Of a stretch of 64,000 nt of DNA, positions 43,180 through 51,677 are shown one piece after another. Position 1 is the first letter of the stretch, and every line of letters begins with the position of its first letter. Made by a program: the position numbers and the translations under genes. The stretch is from an uncultured Planctomyces sp. (GTDB taxonomy: Bacteria; Planctomycetota; Planctomycetia; Planctomycetales; Planctomycetaceae): positions 5,019 to 69,018 of the forward strand of contig CALDJX010000209.1 of NCBI GenBank assembly GCA_937899075.1. Reading direction: 5' to 3'. The notes under the pieces are model-generated. The model saw only the letters and a list, made by a program, of their open reading frames with translations, was not told the DNA's origin and ran no database searches.

Positions 43180-44376
43180 ATGACGCTCAGCAAACTTCCC
43201 CTCAGTTATTGCACCAACGTCCATCCTGGCTTGACCGTCCGAGAGGTCGAAGCAGGGCTGCGTGAAAATACCGTCGAGGTTCGAGGCCGAGTGGGCGAAC
43301 TTGCCGCCGGACTCTGGCTCGCTCGACCGGTGGCGACAGAGCTGCTCGACACGCCAGCGAACCTCGATCGATTCTCGGACTGGCTGAACGAAGCGGGGTT
43401 AACGTGCTACACGCTCAACACGTTTCCGTTTGGCAATTTTCACGACGCTCGCGTCAAGGAAAATGTCTATCTGCCGGATTGGTCACGCGACGACCGCATC
43501 AACTACACGCTGGACAGCGCCCGTATTCTGGCAAAGCTGATGCCCGACGACGGAACCGAAGGCAGCCTCTCGACTGTGCCGCTGGGCTTTAAGCCGTTTG
43601 ACTATCCCGAATCGTTTGCCGACGAGTGCGCAGGACGCCTGATCTCGCTGGCCAAGTTGCTCAAGCAGGTCGAAGAAGAAACCGGGCGGAAAATCCGACT
43701 GGCCATTGAGCCGGAGCCATTCTGCATTCTCGAAACGACGGCGGAGACGATTCAGTTCTTCCGCCGGTTGCGTGAACTGGCGGCCGATGCGGGATCGCTC
43801 GACGTCGTGAATGAGTACCTCGGAGTCTGCTACGACGTCTGCCACCAGGCAGTCGAGTTCGAAGACGTCGCCGACTCAATCAAACAACTCGTCGACGAGC
43901 AGATTCGCATTAACAAAGTCCACATCACCTGCGCGATTCGTGTCGAAAATCCTGGCGACAACGAAGATGCCCGGCAGGCGCTCGCGAGATATGTCGAACC
44001 CCGATATCTCCATCAGACAATGGCTCGCGCCGCCAACGGCACGATTCACAGGCAGGTTGACCTGACCGAGGACACGGCACTGTCGCCCCCGGATTCCTTC
44101 GCCTCCGCCGAAGAATGGCGAGTTCACTTCCACGTGCCCGTGAATGCTGAATCGCTCGGCCCGTTACAGACGACTCGTGGAGACCTCAAGAAAGCGCTGG
44201 CCGCCGTGCGCGATCTGGACTACGCGCCCCACCTGGAAGTCGAAACTTATACCTGGGAAGTCCTGCCGGACGGCCAGCAAACATCGCTCGTCGACGGGCT
44301 CACCGCAGAAGTTGAAGCCACGCGAACGTTGCTCGATGAGTTGAGCGAACATCGAACATCGAACATCCAACACTGA
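43180..44376 (+). CDS. Xylose-isomerase-like TIM-barrel protein resembling EboE
   Basis: The preferred start is MTLSKLPLSYCTNVHPGLTVREVEAGL. The N-terminal xxYCTNVHxG motif is what I recall for EboE-type proteins. The call is from memory only. Confidence 0.45.
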   Translation: MTLSKLPLSYCTNVHPGLTVREVEAGLRENTVEVRGRVGELAAGLWLARPVATELLDTPANLDRFSDWLNEAGLTCYTLNTFPFGNFHDARVKENVYLPDWSRDDRINYTLDSARILAKLMPDDGTEGSLSTVPLGFKPFDYPESFADECAGRLISLAKLLKQVEEETGRKIRLAIEPEPFCILETTAETIQFFRRLRELAADAGSLDVVNEYLGVCYDVCHQAVEFEDVADSIKQLVDEQIRINKVHITCAIRVENPGDNEDARQALARYVEPRYLHQTMARAANGTIHRQVDLTEDTALSPPDSFASAEEWRVHFHVPVNAESLGPLQTTRGDLKKALAAVRDLDYAPHLEVETYTWEVLPDGQQTSLVDGLTAEVEATRTLLDELSEHRTSNIQH

Positions 44377-44421
44377 ACATCGAACCGGCTTCTGCCTTCG
44401 ACATTCCTTGTTCGATATTCG

Positions 44422-45660
44422 CTATTCAGCAACGTCATGCTCAAGCCACTTGAGCACGAGCGCCAGCTGGTTCGGCAGCCAGTCTTTCAGCGTATAAATC
44501 CCGTGACCAAGTACGGCCAGCCTCGCGGGTCCAAAGCGAGTCAGCTGCGAAGACTCATAATCAACCAGCAGGTTGCGACCGTCAGAATGCAGCCGGGTCC
44601 GAGTCTGCCAACGCGCACACGTCACCTTCAGCTTTTCTTTCAACTTCTCAGGCGTCGGTTCGAGCAGACCTCGTTCAAGAAACTCGCCCAGCCGAGCGTT
44701 CGCTTTCCGTTTGAGCGGCGGGGCGATGTCCGTTCCGGCGATCGCAAATGCCTGAACCCAGTCGCCGTGCTTTGCAGAAAGAACGTCTGCTACGCCGGTT
44801 GTGGCGGCGGTGAAGTTGTCTGCCAGGCTGTTGCCTTCGCACCCGAATGTAACAGCCGGCACAATGGCTGCCGGATCATCGGCATCCTGAATCGGCCGAT
44901 GATGAATCACGTGGACCAGCGATCGCAGACCGTCCATGTCCCATCCGTACCTGACCGGCGTGCCGAACGTGACGACAAGCGCTGCATTCGCCATCGGATG
45001 CGGAGTCGGTGCCTCGGCCAGCGCTTGACGAGCAACCTCTCCAGCTGGCCCCAGCGAATCGCCAGCCGCTTCGAAAAATGCTTCGACGCTCGCTCGATCA
45101 TTGGCCAGCAGGTTGGACAGAATCGCAAACCCGTTTCCCGCGTGACTATGCCCCCACAGCAGAACTCGCTCGTGTGTTGGATCGAAACCGTTGGCCTGAA
45201 GCTGAGCAAGTTCGTTCAGCAACCGCACCGCAAGTCCAGCTCGAGCGACATGATTGTTCTCGCTGCTCCAGGTCGGTTCGAGACGACTCACGTCGGGATC
45301 GTCCCCAACGAGTGTCTGAAATCGTTCCCGATATCCGTCGCTGTAATTCGCGACGTCAGCCGTGATCGTATCGGTGAGCCGTTTCGTCTGTTCGGACAAG
45401 CGATCGATCAACGGATTGATCGCCAGCCTGGCCGGCGCCGGCAACGATTCGGCACCGGCCCGCATCATTGCATGAATGCCAAGCGGATCGTCCCCCGCAA
45501 ACGTCCCATGAACGAGCAGCACTTTTCGCACACCGAACTGAGTATGCAGATGCCCGAAGTCGAGACTCTGCACGGCATCGCCGTCAAGCTGCAGGACAAC
45601 CGACGGAACCGACGGCTGAGTCGGATAAGACTGATGCCGAAATCCGTTTTGACGAGGCAT
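44422..45660 (-). CDS. Hypothetical protein, possible alpha/beta-hydrolase fold
   Basis: 412 aa with VLLVHGTFAGDD and LLWGHSHAGN (nucleophile-elbow-like). No firm family assignment. Confidence 0.4.
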   Translation of the reverse strand: MPRQNGFRHQSYPTQPSVPSVVLQLDGDAVQSLDFGHLHTQFGVRKVLLVHGTFAGDDPLGIHAMMRAGAESLPAPARLAINPLIDRLSEQTKRLTDTITADVANYSDGYRERFQTLVGDDPDVSRLEPTWSSENNHVARAGLAVRLLNELAQLQANGFDPTHERVLLWGHSHAGNGFAILSNLLANDRASVEAFFEAAGDSLGPAGEVARQALAEAPTPHPMANAALVVTFGTPVRYGWDMDGLRSLVHVIHHRPIQDADDPAAIVPAVTFGCEGNSLADNFTAATTGVADVLSAKHGDWVQAFAIAGTDIAPPLKRKANARLGEFLERGLLEPTPEKLKEKLKVTCARWQTRTRLHSDGRNLLVDYESSQLTRFGPARLAVLGHGIYTLKDWLPNQLALVLKWLEHDVAE

Positions 45661-45723
45661 GACTCACTCCTGAATATTCCGACAGCAAACCGACTGAATC
45701 CGCGATTCAGTTTCGGCCGGCGA

Positions 45724-47139
45724 CTAAGTCAGAGGCATCACCGTTGCCAGGATCAACGTCATGATCATGCTGACAACCCCAAGCACGATCAGCAGCGGAG
45801 TCCAGGTTTGCAACGCTTCCTTCTCGGTCAGTCCACCCATCTTCGCAAAGATCCAGAATCCGGAATCGTTCATCCACGAGCCAACCAGCGAGCCGGCTCC
45901 AATCGCTGTCGCCAGGTAAACAACGTCGTAAGGAAGTTCGACGCCGTCGATCATTCCGACCATCATCCCGGATGTAATGATCATCGCAGCGGTACTCGAC
46001 CCCTGGGCAACTTTCAGCACGGAAGCGATTCCAAACCCAAGGAACAGCATGAGCATTCCCTCGACCGAACCCGCGCCAAATGTCGACTCCGCCAGTTCTT
46101 TGATGGCGTCTCCAACGTGAGCAGCTTTGAGCATTGCTCCGAACGCCGATCCGCCGGCAGTAATCAGGATGATAACGCCGCCGCTCATTAATGATGTTTC
46201 AACCAGTTTCGCAACTTCTTCTTTGGACGGTTTCCGCTGACGAACATAAGTCCGCAACGCAAGCATTGTCGAAACCAGTAGAGCAAAGCTCGGATTTCCG
46301 AACACGGCTGTGTAGTGAGAAATCCCCTTCGCCGTTTCCGCCAGATCACCTTCCGCCATGCTGGCGATTGAGCCCGCAGCGGTGTGGCAGGCAATCATGA
46401 TGACCGGCAACACGACAGGCAGCAGCGATTCGAACAGTCCTGGCAGTTCATCATCTGCGAACGGCTCAGGCTCGACGTGCCCAGCCACTTCACGCATCTC
46501 GATGTTGTACATCCTGTCGAACAGGCCAGCGATCCAGATTCCTGCGATGGCGGCCGGCATTGCAACCATGGCGCCGACCATGATCATTTTGCCGAGGTCA
46601 ATTCCCAGTGTGGCCGCCATGGTGAGTGGCCCCGGCGTTGGCGGAACCAGCGTGTGAGTAATCGCGCCGCCGGCAGTGATGGCCAGAATGCACTTCAGAT
46701 AAGACTTACCCGTTCTGCGATAGAACGACCGAGCCAATGGCACGAGCAGATAGAACACCGTGTCAAAGAAAACCGGGACGGCAAGAATGTAGCCGCTCCC
46801 CATGAGTGCCCACGGAGCGCGTTCTTCGCCAAGCAGTTTCATGAACGCGCGCACGACTCGGTCAGCCGCGCCGCTGTCCATCATGCAAGTACCAATGACG
46901 GCCGCCAGAGCAATGACGATTCCGATACCGCCGCACGCACTACCAAACGCGTCAGCAACGCGCGAGATCGCGTTGCTCGCAAGCTCTGATTTCCCAGTAT
47001 CCGGGTTGTCGTCGAACGCCATTAAACTGACTGCCATCGCGGCCGTAATCAGCGCGATGAACGCGTTCACCTTCAGCTTCATGATCAGGAAAATGACAAG
47101 AACGATCCCGATCGTCATGATGAGCAGCGGGTGAAGCAT
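45724..47139 (-). CDS. GntP-family permease (gluconate or other carboxylate:H+ symporter)
   Basis: 471 aa. [40 protein letters not shown] and overall hydrophobicity are typical of GntP/DsdX transporters. Confidence 0.8.
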   Translation of the reverse strand: MLHPLLIMTIGIVLVIFLIMKLKVNAFIALITAAMAVSLMAFDDNPDTGKSELASNAISRVADAFGSACGGIGIVIALAAVIGTCMMDSGAADRVVRAFMKLLGEERAPWALMGSGYILAVPVFFDTVFYLLVPLARSFYRRTGKSYLKCILAITAGGAITHTLVPPTPGPLTMAATLGIDLGKMIMVGAMVAMPAAIAGIWIAGLFDRMYNIEMREVAGHVEPEPFADDELPGLFESLLPVVLPVIMIACHTAAGSIASMAEGDLAETAKGISHYTAVFGNPSFALLVSTMLALRTYVRQRKPSKEEVAKLVETSLMSGGVIILITAGGSAFGAMLKAAHVGDAIKELAESTFGAGSVEGMLMLFLGFGIASVLKVAQGSSTAAMIITSGMMVGMIDGVELPYDVVYLATAIGAGSLVGSWMNDSGFWIFAKMGGLTEKEALQTWTPLLIVLGVVSMIMTLILATVMPLT

Positions 47140-47418
47140 CAGGGAGTCTCCTCGGTGGTTGATCGTCGGTGGGGATTGCAGGGTTGATGATCGAAATTAC
47201 TGCTTCGAGCGATTCGGCTTTTGGAGAACCTTAAATCGTGCCGCGCCGAAGCGACAAATCCTACCGAGCCGACCTCACGCGTTAAACCGGGCGAGACATC
47301 CAGGCGTCACTTCAGTCAGGATTCAGGGTTTCCAGTTTCAGGCTGTTAAACGACGATCCCGACCTGAATGACCGCCTGATAGATTCCAAACTGTTCGATC
47401 CATGAACCGCCATATCCA

Positions 47419-48261
47419 ATGCCCGAAACTAAGCAACCAGTCGTTCTGCTGATCGGCGAGTTCCAGTCGCCACAGTTTCGCGGTGCGCTCTCAGACGGCC
47501 AGCCGGCTGACATGCTCAAATCTGTAGACTGCCACCGCGTCAAGTTGCTGCCGGATGCGATCTCTGAAATTGCAAACGGCGAGTTGATTCCCGACCTCGT
47601 CATTTCGTACCAGAGCATTCCCGATGAATACTCCGCGGCCGACATCGACCAACTGATTGGGATGTTGCCGCTCAGTCGGTTCGTCGTCGCGTTCAGTCCG
47701 TGGTGCGAATCGATCGGTCGGACTGAGCAGCGCTGGCCATCCGCCTGGAGCGTCCCGCTGGCTCATGCTGCGGCCAGAATTCGACTCGAGTTGCAACAAC
47801 TAACCGCCGACAAGCCGCCGCTTCTGGCGACGACTTCCCGTGACGAAGCTTTCGCGACGCTTGCTGGGGGCAGTCTGGCACGAACCGAACAACCTGGGCG
47901 AGGCATGACTGCGCGAGTAATTTCTGCAGACGTTCCGCTCAGAGAATGTTTCGAAAGCGTCGTCGGTTCACTCGGCTTCGAGATTCTGGTGAACGATTCA
48001 GAGAACCGGGCAACGACCGTCCATATCCTGGTTGCACCGTTTGTCGACAGCGAGACTTTCAAGCTGATTCACCATCTTCGGGACAACAACTCGGCGGCAA
48101 CGATCATCGTTGCTTCGGACATGGCGACTCCCGGCGAAGCAATTTCCCTTCGAGAAGCCGGGGCTGCCGCAGTGATCTCGCAACTTCGCTTCGCCGAAGA
48201 CCTGGCCGATCACTTTCGGGTCGGGTCCGCATCCGAACCGGAAGTAGCGGCTGGAAAGTAG
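47419..48261 (+). CDS. Hypothetical protein with two receiver-like (flavodoxin-fold-like) halves
   Basis: 280 aa with VVLLIGEF...DLVISYQS and VHILVAPF...IIVASDMATPGEAISLREAGAAAVI. I could not identify a clear phospho-acceptor Asp pocket. Confidence 0.45.
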   Translation: MPETKQPVVLLIGEFQSPQFRGALSDGQPADMLKSVDCHRVKLLPDAISEIANGELIPDLVISYQSIPDEYSAADIDQLIGMLPLSRFVVAFSPWCESIGRTEQRWPSAWSVPLAHAAARIRLELQQLTADKPPLLATTSRDEAFATLAGGSLARTEQPGRGMTARVISADVPLRECFESVVGSLGFEILVNDSENRATTVHILVAPFVDSETFKLIHHLRDNNSAATIIVASDMATPGEAISLREAGAAAVISQLRFAEDLADHFRVGSASEPEVAAGK

Positions 48262-48320
48262 GCTGCCGATCTTACTAAGGAACGTGTCGTGAATAAGTTC
48301 CTGAAATGATCAGCAGAATC

Positions 48321-48392
48321 TAACCACAGAGGCTCAGAGACACAGAGAAAAACTTTCCTGTCAAACTCTGTGTCTCTGTGCCTCTGTGGTTA
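48321..48392. repeat. 27-bp inverted repeat (one mismatch) between convergent genes; bidirectional terminator/REP-like
   Basis: taaccacagaggctcagagacacagag (48321-48347) pairs with ctctgtgtctctgtgcctctgtggtta (48366-48392). Confidence 0.8.
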
Positions 48393-48420
48393 AAATCGGG
48401 AAGTTGTTCTCGACACGTTC

Positions 48421-49356
48421 CTAAGCGTCCTGATGCAACTCTGGCTTTAGCCAGACAAAACTCTTCCCCAAACGCCCGCCGTAGTTGCCGGCGGTTATTT
48501 TGACCAGCCCGGGCGTTTCGACGGACGCATTGATTGCAGCCTGCGTGGCGTCGGAGATCGCCTCGACACTGCGTCCGTTGATCACAATTTCCATGACTGA
48601 TTGAACGTTGTCCGGCAAACGCGTTTCAACGTCGGGCGAGTTTCGGAGCGTCGGGCAGTATTCGGCATACGTGCTGGCGATGAGGAACGAGTATTTGCTG
48701 CCGGCCTTCGACGCGCTGGCGGCGACGCCTCCGGGAAAAGTCATGATCGTGCCGGGGCAGTCGTTGACGGCGGCGGCTCCTCGTTCGGCCGCATCGATCG
48801 CGGCGTCTTCGGTCTCAGCGAGAAACCAAAGGTTGCCTCCCATGACGCCATCGGTAAATCCAAAACGACGATCGAGACAAAAGTCTCCGCCCATCGTCGG
48901 GACGGTCCAGACTTTGTGACCAAAACGTTCTTCGCGTTTCTGATGGCCGTCGCCGAAGAATGAAACTTTCTTACCAAGCTTGAAGAACGGATCCGTGTCG
49001 AGCAGGTTGAAACAGCGAGCGGTCGGGCACGTCATCACGTTCTGGCTGATTCGAACCAGCAGCGATCGTTCCAGAGCTTCGACTCGGTCCTTGCGAAATC
49101 GAGGAACGTGAACCTGCACGACCGCTCCCAGGCGGCCATCAGGAGTGTCCAAAGACTCGTCGCCGCCGGGGCCGACGTATCGATCCAGTCCGGCTTCGCA
49201 ATCGCAAAGAATGGTGCTCGACGCGTTGCCCGTTGCTTCGCGGAGCGCATGATCCAGCCACTTTCGATCCCGCGCGGTGATCAGAAACTCGGCGTAGATG
49301 GATCGAAACCCTTCGGCGTACGTGTCCTCGACTTCAGCTCGCTGACGCTCTGACAT
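48421..49356 (-). CDS. fhcD: Formylmethanofuran--tetrahydromethanopterin N-formyltransferase (Ftr/FhcD)
   Basis: VEDTYAEGF...FLITA, VSFFGDGHQ, VWTVPTMGGDF, FPGGVAASASKAGSKY, EIVINGRS and KITAGNYGGRLG run collinear with archaeal Ftr along the whole length, as I recall it. Confidence 0.9.
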   Translation of the reverse strand: MSERQRAEVEDTYAEGFRSIYAEFLITARDRKWLDHALREATGNASSTILCDCEAGLDRYVGPGGDESLDTPDGRLGAVVQVHVPRFRKDRVEALERSLLVRISQNVMTCPTARCFNLLDTDPFFKLGKKVSFFGDGHQKREERFGHKVWTVPTMGGDFCLDRRFGFTDGVMGGNLWFLAETEDAAIDAAERGAAAVNDCPGTIMTFPGGVAASASKAGSKYSFLIASTYAEYCPTLRNSPDVETRLPDNVQSVMEIVINGRSVEAISDATQAAINASVETPGLVKITAGNYGGRLGKSFVWLKPELHQDA

Positions 49357-49514
49357 TTCGATACTCCTTCATCCCGGTCAGTTCCTGGCGAGGTTCAACA
49401 TCGTTCTCGTCTTCAACGATGTCCCACTCAAAACTTTGCACGGCGCATACAAACGGCGGCCACATGGACCGCCGTTTGATTTGAAAAGTGCATTACGCTG
49501 AACGCGACTCCGAC

Positions 49515-50009
49515 TTAGTCCTCGTCCGGATCGTCATCCAGGCCTTCTGCTTCGTCATCATCTTCGTCTTCTTCGAAGTCGGCGTCATCGACTTCGACAT
49601 CGCCCAGCTCGTCGGTTTTCGGAGCGGCTGCCTTTTTGACGACAACGACTTCCTCATCGTCGTCCAAAGCTGGCTCGACTGCCTGGAATCCATCGGCAGA
49701 TCCAGTGATCAACTCTTTGACCATCTGCATGAAGTAGAGCTTTTTGCCACGTCCCTGCAGAACAGCGAGGCGCTCGTCGGCGGCCTCTTTCTGGTCGTAC
49801 GGGTATCGGCCTTCCTCCTTCATGCTGCCGCTGTAGAGGACCCAGACCGCTCGCTTGCGTTCCGGTGGCTTCTCGCGAGTTTTGCGAGGGGCCGCCTTCT
49901 TGCGAGTGGCTTTCTTTTTCTTCTTGGGGCTATCGTCACCGTCGTCGGTGATCCCGGCCGCTTCTGCGGCGTCGTGCTCTCTGCGAAGTTCAAGTCGACT
50001 CTTTGCCAT
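49515..50009 (-). CDS. Small charge-segregated protein (Lys-rich N-tail, short core, polyacidic C-tail)
   Basis: The preferred start, Met at 50009, gives MAKSRLELRREHD...SPKKKKKATRKKAAPRKTREKPPERKR, then the core AVWVLYSGSMKEEGRYPYDQKEAADERLAVLQGRGKKLYFMQMV, then the tail DDADFEEDEDDDEAEGLDDDPDED. Confidence 0.5.
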   Translation of the reverse strand: MAKSRLELRREHDAAEAAGITDDGDDSPKKKKKATRKKAAPRKTREKPPERKRAVWVLYSGSMKEEGRYPYDQKEAADERLAVLQGRGKKLYFMQMVKELITGSADGFQAVEPALDDDEEVVVVKKAAAPKTDELGDVEVDDADFEEDEDDDEAEGLDDDPDED

Positions 50010-50350
50010 CTTCGGTCTCACTACTGCCGCGGGCAGAACGCGCTGAATCCGGAATGTGCCGGCTGCGCTGCGATTTTCTGTACAACTTCCGAGTGCGATT
50101 TCGGCCGCACTGCATTGGCCAAACGGGGCCACAGGAAGGGGGCACAGAATAGCGAGACGAATTCCCGCTGACCATCGTCCCGCTGAACGAACGAAAATCG
50201 GCGTCCGAACACCGAGTTCTCCAGTGTCACGTGTGACGTAACATCCTGTTGACACAGAGTTTCGGCCACGAATATAAGTTCGCGACGCCGAGCAGGGTTG
50301 TTTCCCGCCGTACCTCATCGGCCGCTGACGACACTCAGATTGGACGCTCG

Positions 50351-51415
50351 ATGGTCACGGAAGACCAGATTCCCGCTCAGAATACCGACTGGCTGGCTGC
50401 TCCACCGAGCAGCGGGTTGCCGCCAGAATTCCGGCTGTTGTGCGTTGGCCCGACCGAACCAGACTGGATTGGCCTGACCCTGCAACTCGACGCCGTCGGC
50501 TGCAACGACCCCAGATTCAAGTGGGTCAGTTCCGCCTCGGAAGCGATGACGGTCCTCCGGAACGAAAACTTCGACTGCATCGTCATCGAATGCTGGCCGA
50601 CGAATCTCGACGACGTCCGCTGGGACGCCCCCGATCTCGTGCATGCAATCCGCTCGTCCGGCTGCAGCGACCCGATCGTTCTGCTGACGCGACTGCCTGA
50701 TGACGGCCTGACCGTTGAAGCGTGCAGTTCGCACTGCGAAATTCTCGTCTCGTCGGCGCTTTGGAGTTCCAGAGCCCTGGTCAACGTCATTCAGCAGAGC
50801 ATTCGCCTGGTCGAGACGGCTCAGCAGAATCACCATCACGCCGTCGCGAATCATCGTCGCCTGGTCCGCGAACGGGACGAAGCCGACCACCTGCTCCGTC
50901 AACAACGAGACATCATCAGCGAACTTGAAGCGATCACTCAGGGATCTACGCAACCTTCGTCGAACCAGGTTGAAGATCGGTCCGACAATTCCGCCGACAA
51001 AGCCAACGATCACTCAGCAGCGAGAAAAACCCGTTCGCTTCAGATTCCCGAGAAGATCAAAACGTACTACCACGAGCTGCTCCGCACCTACGTAATCATG
51101 GGTTCGGGAAGTCTGGGCGGTGAGATTGCTCAACTGGCCAGCGTGCTGGCCGAAGTCGGACTCTCACCGCGCGACACGCTGTCGCTGCATCTCGAACAGG
51201 TCGAGCATCTTGTCAGCGGCCTGGGAAATCGCAGCAGCCGACACGTCATGTCGCGAGCCGATTTGCTCGCTCTGGAACTCGTGATCCATATCGGCGAGTG
51301 CTACCAGCAGGCTGCGGCCGACCAGAATTGTGGACAGCACGACGCCGAGGCAGACAACGCGGCGTCAAACCATGCCAAAGCCGCGTCAACGGACAAGACC
51401 TCAGACGTGTGCTGA
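50351..51415 (+). CDS. Hypothetical regulator-like protein with a receiver-like N-domain, a coiled-coil and a C-terminal helical domain
   Basis: The preferred ATG is at 50351. RLLCVGPTEPDW...FDCIVIECW...IVLLTRLPDD. C-terminal KTYYHELLRTYVIMGSGSLGGEIAQLASVLAEVGLSPRDTLSLHLEQVEHLV resembles RsbU-N-type helical domains, but this is low certainty. Confidence 0.45.
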   Translation: MVTEDQIPAQNTDWLAAPPSSGLPPEFRLLCVGPTEPDWIGLTLQLDAVGCNDPRFKWVSSASEAMTVLRNENFDCIVIECWPTNLDDVRWDAPDLVHAIRSSGCSDPIVLLTRLPDDGLTVEACSSHCEILVSSALWSSRALVNVIQQSIRLVETAQQNHHHAVANHRRLVRERDEADHLLRQQRDIISELEAITQGSTQPSSNQVEDRSDNSADKANDHSAARKTRSLQIPEKIKTYYHELLRTYVIMGSGSLGGEIAQLASVLAEVGLSPRDTLSLHLEQVEHLVSGLGNRSSRHVMSRADLLALELVIHIGECYQQAAADQNCGQHDAEADNAASNHAKAASTDKTSDVC

Positions 51416-51552
51416 TTCACGCCGCCCGCCCGTTGAGACCTCGGTTGCCAATCGCGATGCCTCAAGGCCGCGAGTTAGTCTGGTGGTCCGAAACGTCATC
51501 GTTTCCCGACCGGCTGCGAACTCGCCAGTTGAGTAAACTCGCCAGTTGAAAA

Positions 51553-51631
51553 GTGTGCCACTGGCTTTGCCAGTGCTGTCTCCGATCGACATCTCCCAGG
51601 AAGAACCGCACTGGCAGAGCCAGTGGCACAC
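51553..51631. repeat. 24-bp inverted repeat (one mismatch), same sequence style as the lhr-embedded palindrome
   Basis: gtgtgccactggctttgccagtgc (51553-51576) pairs with gcactggcagagccagtggcacac (51608-51631). Each arm is self-palindromic (cactggc/gccagtg). Confidence 0.85.
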
Positions 51632-51677
51632 ACCTATTGAAATAGATCGCTGATTCTCAGCAGGCAGTTAACACGCA

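Noticed and set aside
44437-46191. 584-aa + strand ORF spanning two minus-strand genes
   Set aside because: It has an implausible composition (R/Q/P-rich). It is antisense to a clear GntP permease and crosses an intergenic gap. It is a shadow ORF typical of high-GC DNA.
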